DNA of 64,000 nucleotides, taken from NCBI RefSeq assembly GCF_009914755.1, contig NC_060946.1; one strand, written 5' to 3'. Every line of letters begins with the position of its first letter. Positions within the stretch are counted from its first letter, which is position 1. The position numbers and the translations under genes were made by a program. Shown here in pieces: positions 1 to 17,368 of the stretch. This DNA comes from the human T2T-CHM13v2.0 reference genome, Homo sapiens. The notes under the pieces are model-generated. The model ran no database searches. It had not been told where the DNA came from and saw only the letters and a program-made list of their open reading frames with translations.

Positions 1-29
1 TTTATTTGACTGAGACAGATTAATTGGTA

Positions 30-235
30 CTTAAAAGCACTTACTGTGTGTTAGGCCTGTTCTAGCACTCTATATGTATCCATTCATTTTGACCCTCAAA
101 TAAACTCCATGAGGATGGTACTATTCCTATTCCTGTTTTACAAACCAAGAGACTGAGGCACAAAGAGGTAAGGTAAATAGCCCAATGTTCCAAATCTAGG
201 AAGAGGCAGAGCCAGGATTCGATTGTCAGCCCCAG
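30..235 (-). mobile_element. MIR SINE fragment
   Basis: MIR core in antisense (ttttacaaaccaagagactgaggcacaaagaggt...gccaggattc). Confidence 0.75.
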
Positions 236-242
236 AGCAGGG

Positions 243-916
<674 letters not shown>

Positions 917-1131
917 CAGGCTTCTCAGCTTCACCACTACTGACACCCGAGGGTGGATCCGTCCCTCCCTGTGGTGGGGCCTGCCCTGTGCTCTGTAGGG
1001 TGTGAGCAGCATCCGTGGCCTCCACCTACTACCTGCCAGGAGGACCCCCTGCCCAGTGTGACAACCAAAAATGTCTCTAGACACTGCCAATGTCTCCTAG
1101 AGCAGAATGGGTCTGGGCTCGTGAATCCTTG
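917..1131. mobile_element. MER20 (hAT-Charlie) DNA transposon fossil
   Basis: gtgacaaccaaaaatgtctctagacactgcc and other blocks match the recalled MER20 consensus. Confidence 0.8.
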
Positions 1132-1380
1132 CTACGAAACCCAGTCTCTGTTTTTCTTTCTTTGTCTAACCCCACATCTGTGGGGCATGTAAACTAAAAA
1201 TAAAATCCTAAGTGCTCCACCAACTGAGTGGACCTCCTGTGGCCAAGGGGACTCCAGAGAAATCTTATGAGTTCCTGGCCATGACAGGACAGGTCAGACA
1301 CGGCTCATCAGATTTTCTCCTTTTTATGGTTTAAAGCACATAGTAAGTGCTTTTAAGTACCAATTAATATGTCTCAGTCA

Positions 1381-1694
<314 letters not shown>

Positions 1695-1858
1695 TCAAAC
1701 AAACAGCACAAACAACAACTGGCCAGCATTAATGCTAGAATAGACATCATAAGAGAGACAGAACAGACTCTTTGTGACAAAAAGATACCAAATTGTAAAC
1801 AGGACCTATGGTCACAAGGGTTGAATGCTGCGCCCCTACACTTAAAAAACAGACGAGG

Positions 1859-2192
<334 letters not shown>

Positions 2193-2738
2193 TGAGGTTC
2201 TACCTGCCACAAGGTTTTTCCTTGTTCTCCAGCAGCTAAATAAGCCCTGGCCTCAAGATGAGCAAGATTCAAACACTCGCAACTCATCTAGCTCCCAGAT
2301 GCTAACTAATGACCTCCTGTTCCACCAGCCCTAATTCCAGCTTTGACTGGACAAGACACTGGTTTCTGTAACTTTCTCCTGATAAGAAGGCCACCCACCA
2401 TGGACTGGCACCGGCGGGTTTACAGAGTGCACTTTCAGGCCTTCCTGTCCTGAAAGGATCTTTTGGGCCTGATTGTAATACATTTAAATGTGGAGTCTCC
2501 ATCCCAAAGTGAACATGGGTCACCTGTGACGTGCATGATTATTCAGTACGCATGAGTCAGGACACCTTCATGAATATTCATAGCTCCTCCTGTAACCTGT
2601 TGAATATGTATGATTAGCCAGCCTGGTCAGGCCCAACCCCTCCTCCTTCAAAGAGCCTGTCTCTGGTCTTGGCCGGAGGTATACTTCCCACCTTGCTCCA
2701 TGGCCACCTTGCAGGGTGGAACCCTTTAGAAGAAATAA

Positions 2739-3052
<314 letters not shown>

Positions 3053-3984
3053 AGTCTTCTCTCTTTTTCTAAATGTGTATATAGTGATTTATTTTTAAGT
3101 GAACAGGGAGAAGAAGGATGCACTGATGAAGCTCTTTGCCTTAAGCGGATTTGGAATTGAGAAAGGTCACTCTAGTAGATGGGGTGGAAGAGAGGTCTGA
3201 GAATCCAGCCAAATATACAATTTAGAAAACAGGTTTTGACACATATAGCGTTACCCAGGGCCACAACTTCTTGAGTAAGAAACCTGATGAGGATTACAGA
3301 TGTTTTGGAGATTGAAGGCAGCTTTCCCAGGGCATAGCAACAACCTCTGAAGATCTCTTTCTTGGAAACATTGGCCAGGATGGTTTATGATGCAGAATAA
3401 CACCTGCTTTGCTGCAGCTGCAGGAGAGGAGGGCCCCCTTTCTCCATAGCTGGCTGAGGTTTCTGTCTCTAGCAGTCAGGTTCAAAGCCAAGTATTGGAG
3501 TTCTCCTAGCATGAGAGGGAATGAGACAAGGCTGAGAGGCTCCAAACGTGTCATAAGGAGAGGAGACCAGGGGCAGAAGGTTGTCGATCAATGGAATGTT
3601 GTGTATGCCATGTTTTGCATTGGCAGTGATCAATAAATATTGGATGAATGAACAAGACAGGGATTCAGGGACAGTTCACCAGGGTCTGAGCAAGACCTGC
3701 AGCACAGCCAGCTCACCCTGTCTAGCCCTCAAAGCACCCATGAGGCTCATTCCACAGGGACAGCTGCACCTGAGCTTGAGCTGGGGACAGACTTTAAGGG
3801 GTTGGTGAGTGGCCCAGTCACAAAGGGAGGAAGGTTTTATCCAAAGGCCATTCATTTCTATACTCCCTCTTTCCACCTAGTAAGTTTGTTTCTAAATATC
3901 TTTGTCACCTTCTGTCACTGTCATATTGCAGGACTCAGCATGTATGGGAAAAGATGTAAAATATCTCATTAATAATTTCTGTGT

Positions 3985-4280
<296 letters not shown>

Positions 4281-4370
4281 ATAATACAAATTTGTATGTG
4301 GATTGCATGTTGAATGGATAATATTTCAGATATATTGAACTAAGATGAAGATTAAAGTTAATTTCACTTT

Positions 4371-4670
4371 GGCTAGGCACAACGGCTTACTCCTATAATC
4401 CCAGCAATTTGGGAGGCCAAGGCAGGAGGATCACTTGAGCCCAGGACTCCGAGACCAGCCTGGGCCACACAGCAAACCCCATCTCTACAAAAAATACAAA
4501 CATTAGCTGGGTGTGCTGGCGTGCACCTATAGTCACAGCTACTTGGGAGGCTGAGGTGGGAGGATTACTTGAGCCCAGGAGGCCGAGGCTGCAGTGAGCT
4601 ATGAATGAGCCACTGCATTCCATCCTCGGTGACAGAGCAAGACTGTCTCAAAATTAAAATAAAATTAAAT
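4371..4670 (+). mobile_element. AluJ
   Basis: J-type diagnostic positions, full dimer. Confidence 0.92.
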
Positions 4671-4683
4671 TAACTTCATTTGA

Positions 4684-5099
<416 letters not shown>

Positions 5100-5804
5100 C
5101 TTATCTGCTTTTTGACTGAAGTTTATTTACAGGAGACAAACACCATTCCCTCCACAATTAAGGCTAAAGGCCAACCCTAGCAAGCAGAGAGAACTAATTA
5201 AAAAGTCTGAGAGTTGGAATTGTGTTTGTATTTCTCCCGTCAACTCGAATAATCGGTTTGCATTCTCCTCTCCCAGATTCCTGAGAAGCCACGGCTGCCG
5301 ATGACTCCGACGAGTGTTTGCATTTCCAGAGCCTGTGAAGTTCTGTGCCTGCAGCTACGGACTTGGCCTGTTGGCGTTTTCATAGTCTTGCCCTTGCAAA
5401 CAAGGCAATCAGTCTACTAAGTTAACAAAAGCTTACCATTCACAGTAAAAGCAAAAGAAATGAAAAAAAAAAATGTAAGGAGCCCTCCGGTAAGTGATTT
5501 TCCTATTGCTTCTGTCTACTGAGATAGTGATTTCTTTGGTTCTCGTGACCAACCACACACACACACACACACCCCTCTATAGAAGAAATGTGTGAAACTC
5601 ATGCTTCCAGTAACAATCTATACATTGATTTTTTTTTCCTCTGCATCAAAATATGTCACCCTTCAAAGCTTGGGCCCCAACCAATAGAAACTAAAATCCA
5701 GTTCCAGAGAAATCTATGGCTGCTAATTAAACTCTTACTCAAAGCAAAACATAAAGGATTTACCTCTTGATTCTTCTAGTTAGTGCTGATGGATTATTTC
5801 CTTT

Positions 5805-6520
5805 ACACGTGTTTTAAAATCGCAGCTTACCGGCTGCAGGTGGTTTCTGTGGACCCTGAACCACCTGGTTCCCTCAAGTGTGCACCTGCACGCGGCACCG
5901 TCCCACACAGAGGGTGGACCTGCAGAGCTCAGGCAGGGAGGTGGGCGTCTACGCGGATTCACTCGACACGCTGATGGGACACGCTCACGGCGTGCGGAGG
6001 CCAGGAGGGAAAGGGTCAGGGCCAGGCACAAAGTCTGAGTCGGGGAGGGGCAAGTTCGTGGCAAGAAAGCCCCACCCAGAGACAGGTCGAGAGAGCAGGT
6101 GCCCTGTAAAGTGGGGCGCTCCGGGTTCTTGTCCTGCCTCTGCCGCTCGCTCGCTGACGACCTGGGAGAAGTCGCTAAGCTCTGGAACTCCTCTGCTTCT
6201 CAGCAGCAAGACAACTGGCCTCGGGGGCCCTGCGGATCCCTCCAGCTCCGGGGCTGCTTCCTTACTTTCTTGTTTCTCCTTCAGTCAACAGATAAATGCC
6301 TGCCACGGACCAGGCACTGGGATCGGTGTCACTCAGATCACAGGACACTCAGATGTTGATAACGCGTAGGTAACACAGTGTAGAAGGAAAGGTCTGTAGC
6401 AGACAACGCAACACAGCGAGAGCCACAGCAAGCGGGGCACGAGCCGGGTGAAGGCAGATGGAAAACATCCCTGGGAGAGGGGAACCGGCGGCTTCCTCCA
6501 GGTGGTCATCGTGGATCCTC
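5805..6520. promoter_or_regulatory. Borderline CpG island / candidate promoter or enhancer
   Basis: About 40 CpG counted in about 710 bp of GC-rich sequence (obs/exp roughly 0.6 by hand); the adjacent Alu also keeps many CpGs. Confidence 0.6.
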
Positions 6521-6591
6521 AAAGCTTAGCACAGTGTCTGGGCACAGAGCAGGGCCTCATAAATGTGTTCAATTTACATAGGCCCAGAAGA

Positions 6592-6891
<300 letters not shown>

Positions 6892-7360
6892 ATGGCTTTA
6901 AGGTATACTTGATATACAAAACACGGCATATATTTAATATATACAATTTGATGAGTTTGGTGTCAGCACAGTTTTTACAAAGCAAGAACATACTCACAGC
7001 GGATGGGTGTGCGGCTGGGCCTGATACATGGGAAGGTGGAGTGGGGAGAAGGGTCTTTCTAGAAGCAGAGGGGCAGCAGAATCTCTGGAGGGCTCCTCGC
7101 TCTATGAGGAGAAGGGGTTGTTCTCTTATAGGCTGGAAAGCAGTTCTCAAGCCTGGGGAAACGGGTGGGTTTTAGGACAGAGGGCCTGGCTTCCCCCCAT
7201 GTGAGGTATTGATGTGGACTGAATTGTGTCCCCTTAAAATCCATGTTCAAGCCCTAACCCTCGGGGTGACTGTATTTGGAGATAGGGCCTCTAAGGAAGA
7301 CATTAAGGTTAAATTAGGTTATAAGGGTGGGGCCCTGACACAGCAGGGTTAGTGTCCTTG

Positions 7361-8197
<837 letters not shown>

Positions 8198-8639
8198 CTT
8201 ACAAGAGAAAGACACCATGGAGCCCGCACCCTCTCTCTCTGCCGTGTGAGGACGCAGTGAGAAGGCGGTGTCTGCAGACCAGCAAGGGAGGCCTCCCAGA
8301 GCCCTGCCATGCCACACCCTGAGCTTGTGAGAAATGAGTGTGTGTGGTTTCAGCCACGCAGTCCATGCTGCTTTGTTAGGGCAGCCGGAGGTGACCAACG
8401 TGGCTGTCAACCTTTGCTTCCCCAACCACCTCCACTGGTTCCTACCCCTCTCCTCCTTGGCCCACTCCCCTCCAGCTCCCAGCCAGGCCACCCCCCTGAG
8501 GCTGCAGAGGCCAAGATCACCAAGAACCTCCCATGGCCAGAGCCCCTGGGATATCCCTTGACTGGAAATAGCATCATACATGCCACACTCAGAGGACTCT
8601 CCAGCCTGACTCTGACGACCCCACTCTGACGCCGCACTC

Positions 8640-9966
<1,327 letters not shown>

Positions 9967-10054
9967 TAATGAAATGACCTGTGTAACCTAACGTGTTGAG
10001 CATCTCATGAGAGTCAGGCAGTGTGCTGAGGTGTTGGGTGCTGTTTCAAATAAC

Positions 10055-10700
10055 TCAGAGCCTGGATCTACCCAGGCCCTCTAATTCGAATGAGTTCCCC
10101 TGATTTGGAAGTTCAGGATGTGGATCCTCAGGCAGGTGTCTTGACAAAAACTCTCCAGGTGATTTTGCTGCACCCCTGCCGCCTGTGTCCCGAGAAGAGC
10201 CAATCTAGGAGTTGGAAGACCCACTGCCCTCTGAGCGCTGGCTGTGCCGGGCACATGTGAGATGCAGTGCTCAGCTCGCCTCTGACCCGCACACCCCATG
10301 CGGTGATAGGTGCCATTATTATTCCCATTTTATAAGATGAAAAAACTGGAGCTTAAAGGAGTTACTTGCTCCATGTCACGCAGCTGGGAAGGCACAGAGC
10401 CTTGTGCAGCAAGAAGGGATCTCAGGGCCCATTGAACCCAGGGATTCCCCACCACGCTGTATGAGAATCACCTGGGGAGCTTTGAAAGCACTCCACCTGG
10501 AGCTTCTGATTCAGCCCACACTGATATTCTTTCCCCCCCGGGGAGTCTCATGCTCTGGCAGAAATGAGAGTCGTTGACTCATCCAACACAGTGGTTTTAC
10601 AAGTAGGGAAACTGAGGCTGAGAGAGTCCAACTGGCTTGTTCAAGTCACACAGAGTTCTCGATGGAACAAGGATTCAGATGGAGGTCCTTGTGGCACCCC
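10055..10700. mobile_element. Interleaved MER5-like and MIR fragments
   Basis: ctccaggtgattttg and gaatcacctggggagct (MER5); cccattttataagatgaaaaaactg and ttttacaagtagggaaactgaggct (MIR). Confidence 0.6.
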
Positions 10701-11851
10701 ATCCAATGTTCTTTCCAACGTACCAATGTTTTCCCAGTACCATTACTCCTTTCAGAGAGGCTAGAGGAGGCTTCCCTAACCAAAGCCATAGAAACCCAAG
10801 CCATGGCCAAGTTTCAAGGAAATGTGACCCCAGGCAGGGATCGCTGAAAAGCAGTTCCACCCAGCCTGGCATGAGGAATCACCACCCTAGCCTAGAAGAA
10901 AACAAGAAGGCTTTCTCCAGGAGGAAGCAAACCCAAACTACTCTCCAGTGCCATCTAGTGACAGAGAGAGGGGCCACCAGAGCTTTTCGCAGCCCGAAAG
11001 GACAGAACTGTCACAAATCCACACCAATGGAGCGTTGGAGATGTCTGGGAGGCAGCAGGACATGGAGGAGAGTCCTCAGATCAGAGGTTCCAGGGGATAG
11101 AGATGGTCAGAGAATTGTCACCAAGGAGGTGGGACTTGAAAGGTAGGAATTCACATTAAAGTATTTTACTGAGAAAGAGTTAGGTGTGGTGATTCCTCAA
11201 AAAATTAAACACAGAATTACCGTGTAATCCAGCAATCCCACTTTGGTAAATGCCCCAAAGAATTGAAAGCAGGGACTCCAACAGCTATTTGCTCATCCGT
11301 GTTTAGAGCAGCAGTCTTCACAACAGCCAAAAGCTGGAAGCAACCCTAGCGTCCATCTATAGATGAATGGGTAAACAAAATGAGGTCTATCCACACAATA
11401 GAATATTATCCAGCCCTAAAAAGGAGGGAAATTCTCACCTTTGCTTTGACATGGGCGAACCTAGAGGACATTATGCTAAGTGAAATAAGCCAGTCATAAA
11501 AAGACAAATACTGTATGATTTTACTTACATCAGGTGCTGTGGTTTCAATGTGTTTCCCAAAAAGTATATGTTGGAAACTTAATCCCCAGTGCAGCAGTGT
11601 TGGGAGGTGGGGCTGCCTGATGGGAGGTGATTAGATCATGAGGTCCCTGCCCTCACAAATACATTCATGAAGATATTCATGAATGGATAATGTTATCGTG
11701 GGAGTGGGTTTCTTATAAAAGAATGAGTCCAGCTTGCTCGTTCTTTCTCTCTCTCCCCCCACCTTCTCTCTCTCTCTCCCCCCACCTTCTCTCTCTCTTT
11801 CTCTCTCTCTCACCTTTCTGCCTTCTGTCATGAGATAACACAGAAAGAAGG

Positions 11852-12218
11852 TGATATGGTTTGGCTGTGTCCCCACTCAAGTATCATCTTGAATTGTAGC
11901 TCCCACAATTCCCATGTGTTGTCGAGGGACCCACTGGGAGGTCATTGAATCATGGGGTGGGTCTTTCCCATGCTGTTCTTGTGACAGTGGATAAGTCTCA
12001 CGAGATCTGATGGTTTTATAAGGGCGAGTTTCCCTGCACAAGCTCTCTCTTTGCCTGCTGCCATCCGGGTAAGATGTGACTTGCTCCTCCTTGCCTTCCG
12101 CCCTGATTGTGAGGCCTCCCCAGCCATGTGGAACTGTGAGTCCATTAAACCTTTTTCCTGTATAAATTACCCAGTCTTGGATATGTCTTTACTAGCAGTG
12201 TGAAAACAGACTAATACG
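11852..12218 (+). mobile_element. THE1 (B/C-like) solo LTR
   Basis: tgatatggtttggctgtgtcccc ... gaaaacagactaatac. Confidence 0.92.
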
Positions 12219-12297
12219 AAAAGCATTAGCCAGATGCCAACACCTTGATCTTGGACTTCCCAGGCTCCATAACTGTGAGGATATAAATTTATGTTCT

Positions 12298-12433
12298 TTC
12301 CCTCTTGTTGCCCAGGCTGGAATGCAATGGCACAGTCTCGGCTCACTTCAACCTTCGCCTCCTAGGTTCAAGTGATTCTCCTGCCTCAGTCTCCTGAGTA
12401 GCTGGGATTACTCGTGCCACCATGCCCGGCTAA

Positions 12434-12484
<51 letters not shown>

Positions 12485-12610
12485 AATTTTAGTAGAGACA
12501 GGGTTTCACCATGTTGACCAGGCTGGTCTCAAACTCCTGACCTCAGGTGATCCACTTGCCTCAGCCTCCCAAAGTGCTGGAATTACAGGTGTGAGCCACC
12601 ACACCCGGCC
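12298..12610 (-). mobile_element. AluS lacking poly(A) tail, with (TG)n in the linker
   Basis: TSD aaattta(t/c)gttctt; (TG)n at about 12437-12480. Confidence 0.92.
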
Positions 12611-12889
12611 AAATTTACGTTCTTAATAAATTACCTAATCTACGCTATTGTGTTATATGTTATAGCAGCACAAAACACACTAAGACATGAAGTACCTAGA
12701 ATAGTCAAATTCATAGAGACAGAAAGTAGCATTGAGGTTTACCAGGGGCTGGGGAAAGAGTGGGTAGAGAGTTTCAGTCTGAAAGATGAAAAAGCTCTGG
12801 AGATGGGTGGTGGTGATGGTTGCCCAACAATGTGAATGTACTTACGTCCCTGAACTGTGCACTTTAAAATGCTTAAAATGGTGAATTTT

Positions 12890-13209
<320 letters not shown>

Positions 13210-13534
13210 TTATCACTATCTAAAAAGAGGAAGAGAGTCAGATGTAAGGCCCAAAGTGCCAAGTCAGACTGAATTGAGTATCACGCCCCAGAATGGGATG
13301 GTCATTTATTTTTCACTCATTCATTTATCCATTCACCAGCAAATACTGACACTGTGACATACCAAGGACCGTTCTGGGTGCTGGAAATCTGACATCAAAC
13401 CAAACAGACAAAATTACCTGACCTGGCAGAGCCTACAGTCCAACAGCAACAATTAACAAATCAAGTAAATGCCTAGCATGGCAGCTGGTGACACCTGCTG
13501 TAGAGAAAAACAGAGGGAGGGGGCTGCTATTTTA

Positions 13535-14343
13535 TTTTAACTATCAAAATCTGTTTAGTAAAGACAATTTTGCTCATACAAAACAAAAGTTTACAACAAT
13601 CTGGCCAGGCAAGGTGGCTCACACCGGTAATCCCAGCTCTTTGGGAGGCCGAGGCAGGTGAATCACTTGAGGTCAGGAGTTCAAGACCAGCCTGGCCAAA
13701 TGGTGAAACCCCTGTCTCCACTAAAAATGCAAAAATTAGCCGGGTGTGATGGTGGGCACCTGTAATCTCAGCTACTCGGGAGGCTAAGGCAGGAGAATTG
13801 CTTGAACCTGGGAGGTAGAGGGTTGCAGTGAGCCAAGATCGTACCACTGCATTCCAGCCTGGGTGACAGAGTGAGAATCCGTCTCAAAAAAAAAAAAAAA
13901 AAAAAAAGTTTACAACAATCTGAGTGCTGGACACATCATCCGAGACAAGGGAGGCATTGCAGGCACCTAGAGCCCTTCCCCTATATGCAAAGGAGACCCT
14001 GGGTGCCCCTCTGCCACCTGCCCCTGAGGGAGAGAAAAGCTGAAGTATTCCTGCTGCCTCTTCCCCCAAAGGGAAGAGGGAGCCGGGAATGATGGCACAG
14101 GGACCCTGTCTCTAGCTGCTCCTTCTCTGTGCTGGGGGAGGCCCCTCCCCTTACTTGCCCAGACCCCTGAGGCTGAGCCGTTTGAGGGTGATGGCAAATG
14201 GCTGATGGGCAAAGGGGGCAAAGTTGGGACATCTTCGGTGCAAAGACTCCTCCCATCCCCAACCAGGTCACACAATGGAAATTTGAGGGAGGACCTCAAA
14301 AGTGGCCCTGACTTTGCCCACAAGGGGTAGCTGGCTGATGTGT
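13535..14343 (-). pseudogene. 5'-truncated processed retrocopy of an mRNA 3'UTR (parent not confirmed)
   Basis: Non-TE, UTR-like sequence between 11-bp TSDs; TTTT/AA endonuclease site; ACTAAA 15 nt before a short A tail on the minus strand. Confidence 0.7.
13603..13907 (+). mobile_element. AluS inserted in the retrocopy
   Basis: TSD aaaagtttacaacaatct. Confidence 0.95.
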
Positions 14344-15399
14344 GCTGTTATTTTAAATAGGGACAGAAGGAAAGAGCTTTCTGACTTGGTGACATTGGTG
14401 AAGGCAGTGAAGGAGTGAGCCCTGGGTGTTGGGGAAGGGTGCACAGGCCCTGGAGGGGAGCCCGCTCTGAGTGCTGGGGCAGGGTGAGGCGGGACAGAGT
14501 GGGCAGAGAGATGGCCAGGACTGACCACGCGGGGCCTTGCTCTCCGTTGTGAGAACACCGGCTTTCCCCACGGGTGAGATGAGAGCCTGAGTGGGATTGG
14601 GCAGAGGAGAGGCATGATCAGACTTAGAATTTCACAGGGTCATCCAGGCTACTCTGAAAGGATGGACTCAGGGGCACAGGAAGAAGTAGAAAGGCCAGTT
14701 GGGGCCACTGTCAAAACCCAGGCAGAGATGATGGGAGCTTGATGAAGGAGCAGAGGTGGCCGGTGAGGAGGGCTCGATTCTGGGTCTGTGCCAGAGGAGG
14801 AGGCATGGGGTTTTCTGATGGCTTGGGTGTGGATGAGAGAAAGAGGGGTCAAGGATGACTCCCAAGCCCTTGGCTTTTGTCCTGAGAATGTGGAAGGATG
14901 GGGCTGCTCAGTGACTCAGATGAGGAAGACAGAAAGAGGTGCAAGTCTGGGGAGAGAAGAATCAAAACGCGCTTTTGAACATATCAAGTCTCATCCAGCG
15001 ACCCAGCCTGGGCCTCAGTGTACCCACCCAACCCTGCCCTCCTCCCTTAGACGCATGCATCCACCCCGTTCCTCCCTTTCAGATATCTCCAGACTTCCAG
15101 TGTTCAGCAGGACCTGGGGTGTGGCCGCAAAGTTCCCTTTATGTATTTGGAGCCCAAGGAGGGCCTGTTACTGTGAAATGAAAGCACTTCCCTATCTGCC
15201 CCCCACCCAGGGCCTTTGCCAGCTGCTCCACATTAGTTAAGCGCTTACTACCTACACTTTGGGGATTGAGGGTTTCTTTAGCTTTGAGACTGGGAGGCAG
15301 CTTAGCAGTGTAGACAGTTAGCTCATAATTCCTGCAGGGGTACAAGTGCCAAACCAAGTGCTATGATCCCTGGAGAGGCAGCCTCACCCACGAGGGCCT

Positions 15400-15690
15400 G
15401 GGGGCCTGAGTTCAGATCCTCACTCTGCATCTAACAAGCCGTATTGACCGGGGAGGGTCACTCAGCCTCTCCTGCCTCAGTTTCCTGATTCGTGTAACAG
15501 GGATAACATCAGCTGGCTTCCCTTGACACACCATCTATTAAACTGATTGATATGAATAAAGGATTTAGAATAGGGTCTTGAAGAAGGCGGTGCTGGACCC
15601 ACGGACAGTGGCCAATGGGTATTGTTTGTCATCATCATCGTCACCATCACCATTGCTTTCGTCATAATCATCACTGTCACCATCATCAGC
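15400..15690 (+). mobile_element. MIR followed by a (CAT/CAC)n-like tail
   Basis: gtcactcagcctctcctgcctcagtttcctgatt core. Confidence 0.7.
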
Positions 15691-17079
15691 GTTCAGAGGA
15701 AAGGGGGTGTAGAGGGTCGTGTATCACCCAGAGGTGGATCTTGAGTTAAGCTTCGAAGCAGAGCAGGAGCCAGCTGTGCACGATGATGACATTAACAGCC
15801 GGCACTTTCCTCTGTGTTTTACACGCATGACAACGGGTTGACAGAAAAAGAGAGAGCTGGGCATCAGCCAAACAGAAAGTTGTGCACGGAAATACAGAAA
15901 AGGACTCGGCGATATTTATGAGCCCATGAAGTACAGAAGTAGTTAAGGATTGGAGTTCCAGTAAGAGCGCATCGCATGCCAGTCTTATCGTGCCTTGCTT
16001 TCTGGAATAATGAGACTCCCCTTCTCCCCTCCCCCCTCACCCACTCTGTCTCCCCCTGCCTCCCACCCTCCTACCTCCCCAAACTCTCCATGGACTGTTT
16101 AGGCCTTAACAACTCTGGAGAGCTATTAGGATCTATCAAGCGAACAATAATTTACTTCACGAAGTGATGTGTGTGATTTTCACCATTGACTCTAATCGCA
16201 ACAGAAAATCATTTCAGTCGGCTGAGTGCATAATCTGTGTGTGCTGAACTTCTCTAAGCTTGGACTTACCTAAGGGAGGAAAATGGTCCCCTGGGACCCA
16301 CTCAAGAGACGCGGAGTAAACAGCGTGCATTTCGTAAATGGGCTGGGGGTGTGCCAGAACCATCGCCGGGGACCCACCGCTGTCAGCCTAGAAGGCCATC
16401 GAACACTCAGAAACCATCTTCACAAATCCTTCTAGGGTGAGGTGGGGGGGTGAGGAGTCAGGGGTCGTGCACCTAACCATCAAAGACAGTGTGGATGTCC
16501 TGCTCATCTGCCACCGGGTGGCGCAAAGAGAAAAGGAGAGCAGACAGAGCAAGGAGGCACGTGTCCTTCCTCCTCCATCACATCTGCAGACTGAGCCCAA
16601 GCATCGGGAGCCATGTAGCCAGGCAGAAATGGGAAGTCATCTGTGCCCCTTGCTAGCGGACATGGTCCCAGGGACAGGTCCTGTCCTGTCCTGAGGCTGG
16701 AACTTCAGGAGTCCCAGGCCAATCATCACGCTACCAACTTGAGGAGCTTGAGATTTTCTAGTTTAGAAAGCAGGTACACAATTGTACATAGAGCACCAGC
16801 ATACCCAGGTATAAAGAAAGAAATATGCCAACCTGTTGGCCGTGGCTACCTTTCAGAGACTGGATTATGAGTTTTAGTATTTTCTAAAATTTTCTACAAT
16901 GAATATGCAAGTAATAATAATAATATAAGATCTTACAAAGAAAAAAGTCTCAAGATTCCACTCTGACCATGTGTCCAAGTTCTAGCAACAAAATTAATGC
17001 CTAGGGAATGCCATGGCCAAGTCCCATCAGGACAGGGACTTACTTCACAACATCAAGAGATTTTAGTAAAAAGTGCAGG

Positions 17080-17368
17080 GGCCAGGGACAGTGGCTGTAA
17101 TTCTGATGCTTTGAGAGGCCAAGGCAGGAGGATCGCTTGAGCCCAGGAGTTCAAGAACAGCCTGGGCAACATAGTGAGATCCCTGTCTCTACAAAAAAAA
17201 AAATTGTTTTAGATTAGCTGGGAATGGTGGCATGCACCTGTAGTCTTAGCTACTCAGGAGGCTGAGGTGGGAAGATAGCTCGAGCCCAGGAGGTCGAGAC
17301 TGCAGTGAGCTGAGATTGCACCACTGCACCCCAGCCTGAGCAACAGAGCAAGACTCTATCTCAAAAAA
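17080..17368 (+). mobile_element. AluJ with duplicated 3' end
   Basis: J diagnostics; TSD aaaaag(a)tgcagg. Confidence 0.92.

Larger units (their letters stand above)
11535..12687 (+). mobile_element. MST (MSTB/D-like) LTR
   Basis: tgctgtggtttcaatgtg ... gcacaaaacacactaagaca termini. Confidence 0.8.
13310..14990 (-). mobile_element. L2a interrupted by a retrocopy
   Basis: L2 3' end cattcatttatccattcaccagc; reads through across the duplicated gctg(c/t)tatttt site into ...aaataggg...ggtgacatt. Confidence 0.75.

Noticed and set aside
5878-6369. 163-aa ORF in the CpG-rich block
   Set aside because: Non-ATG start, GC-rich stop depletion, runs through MIR and L2 sequence, no protein family resemblance.
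10637-11146. 169-aa ORF
   Set aside because: Non-ATG start inside a MIR; no motif or convincing exon structure.
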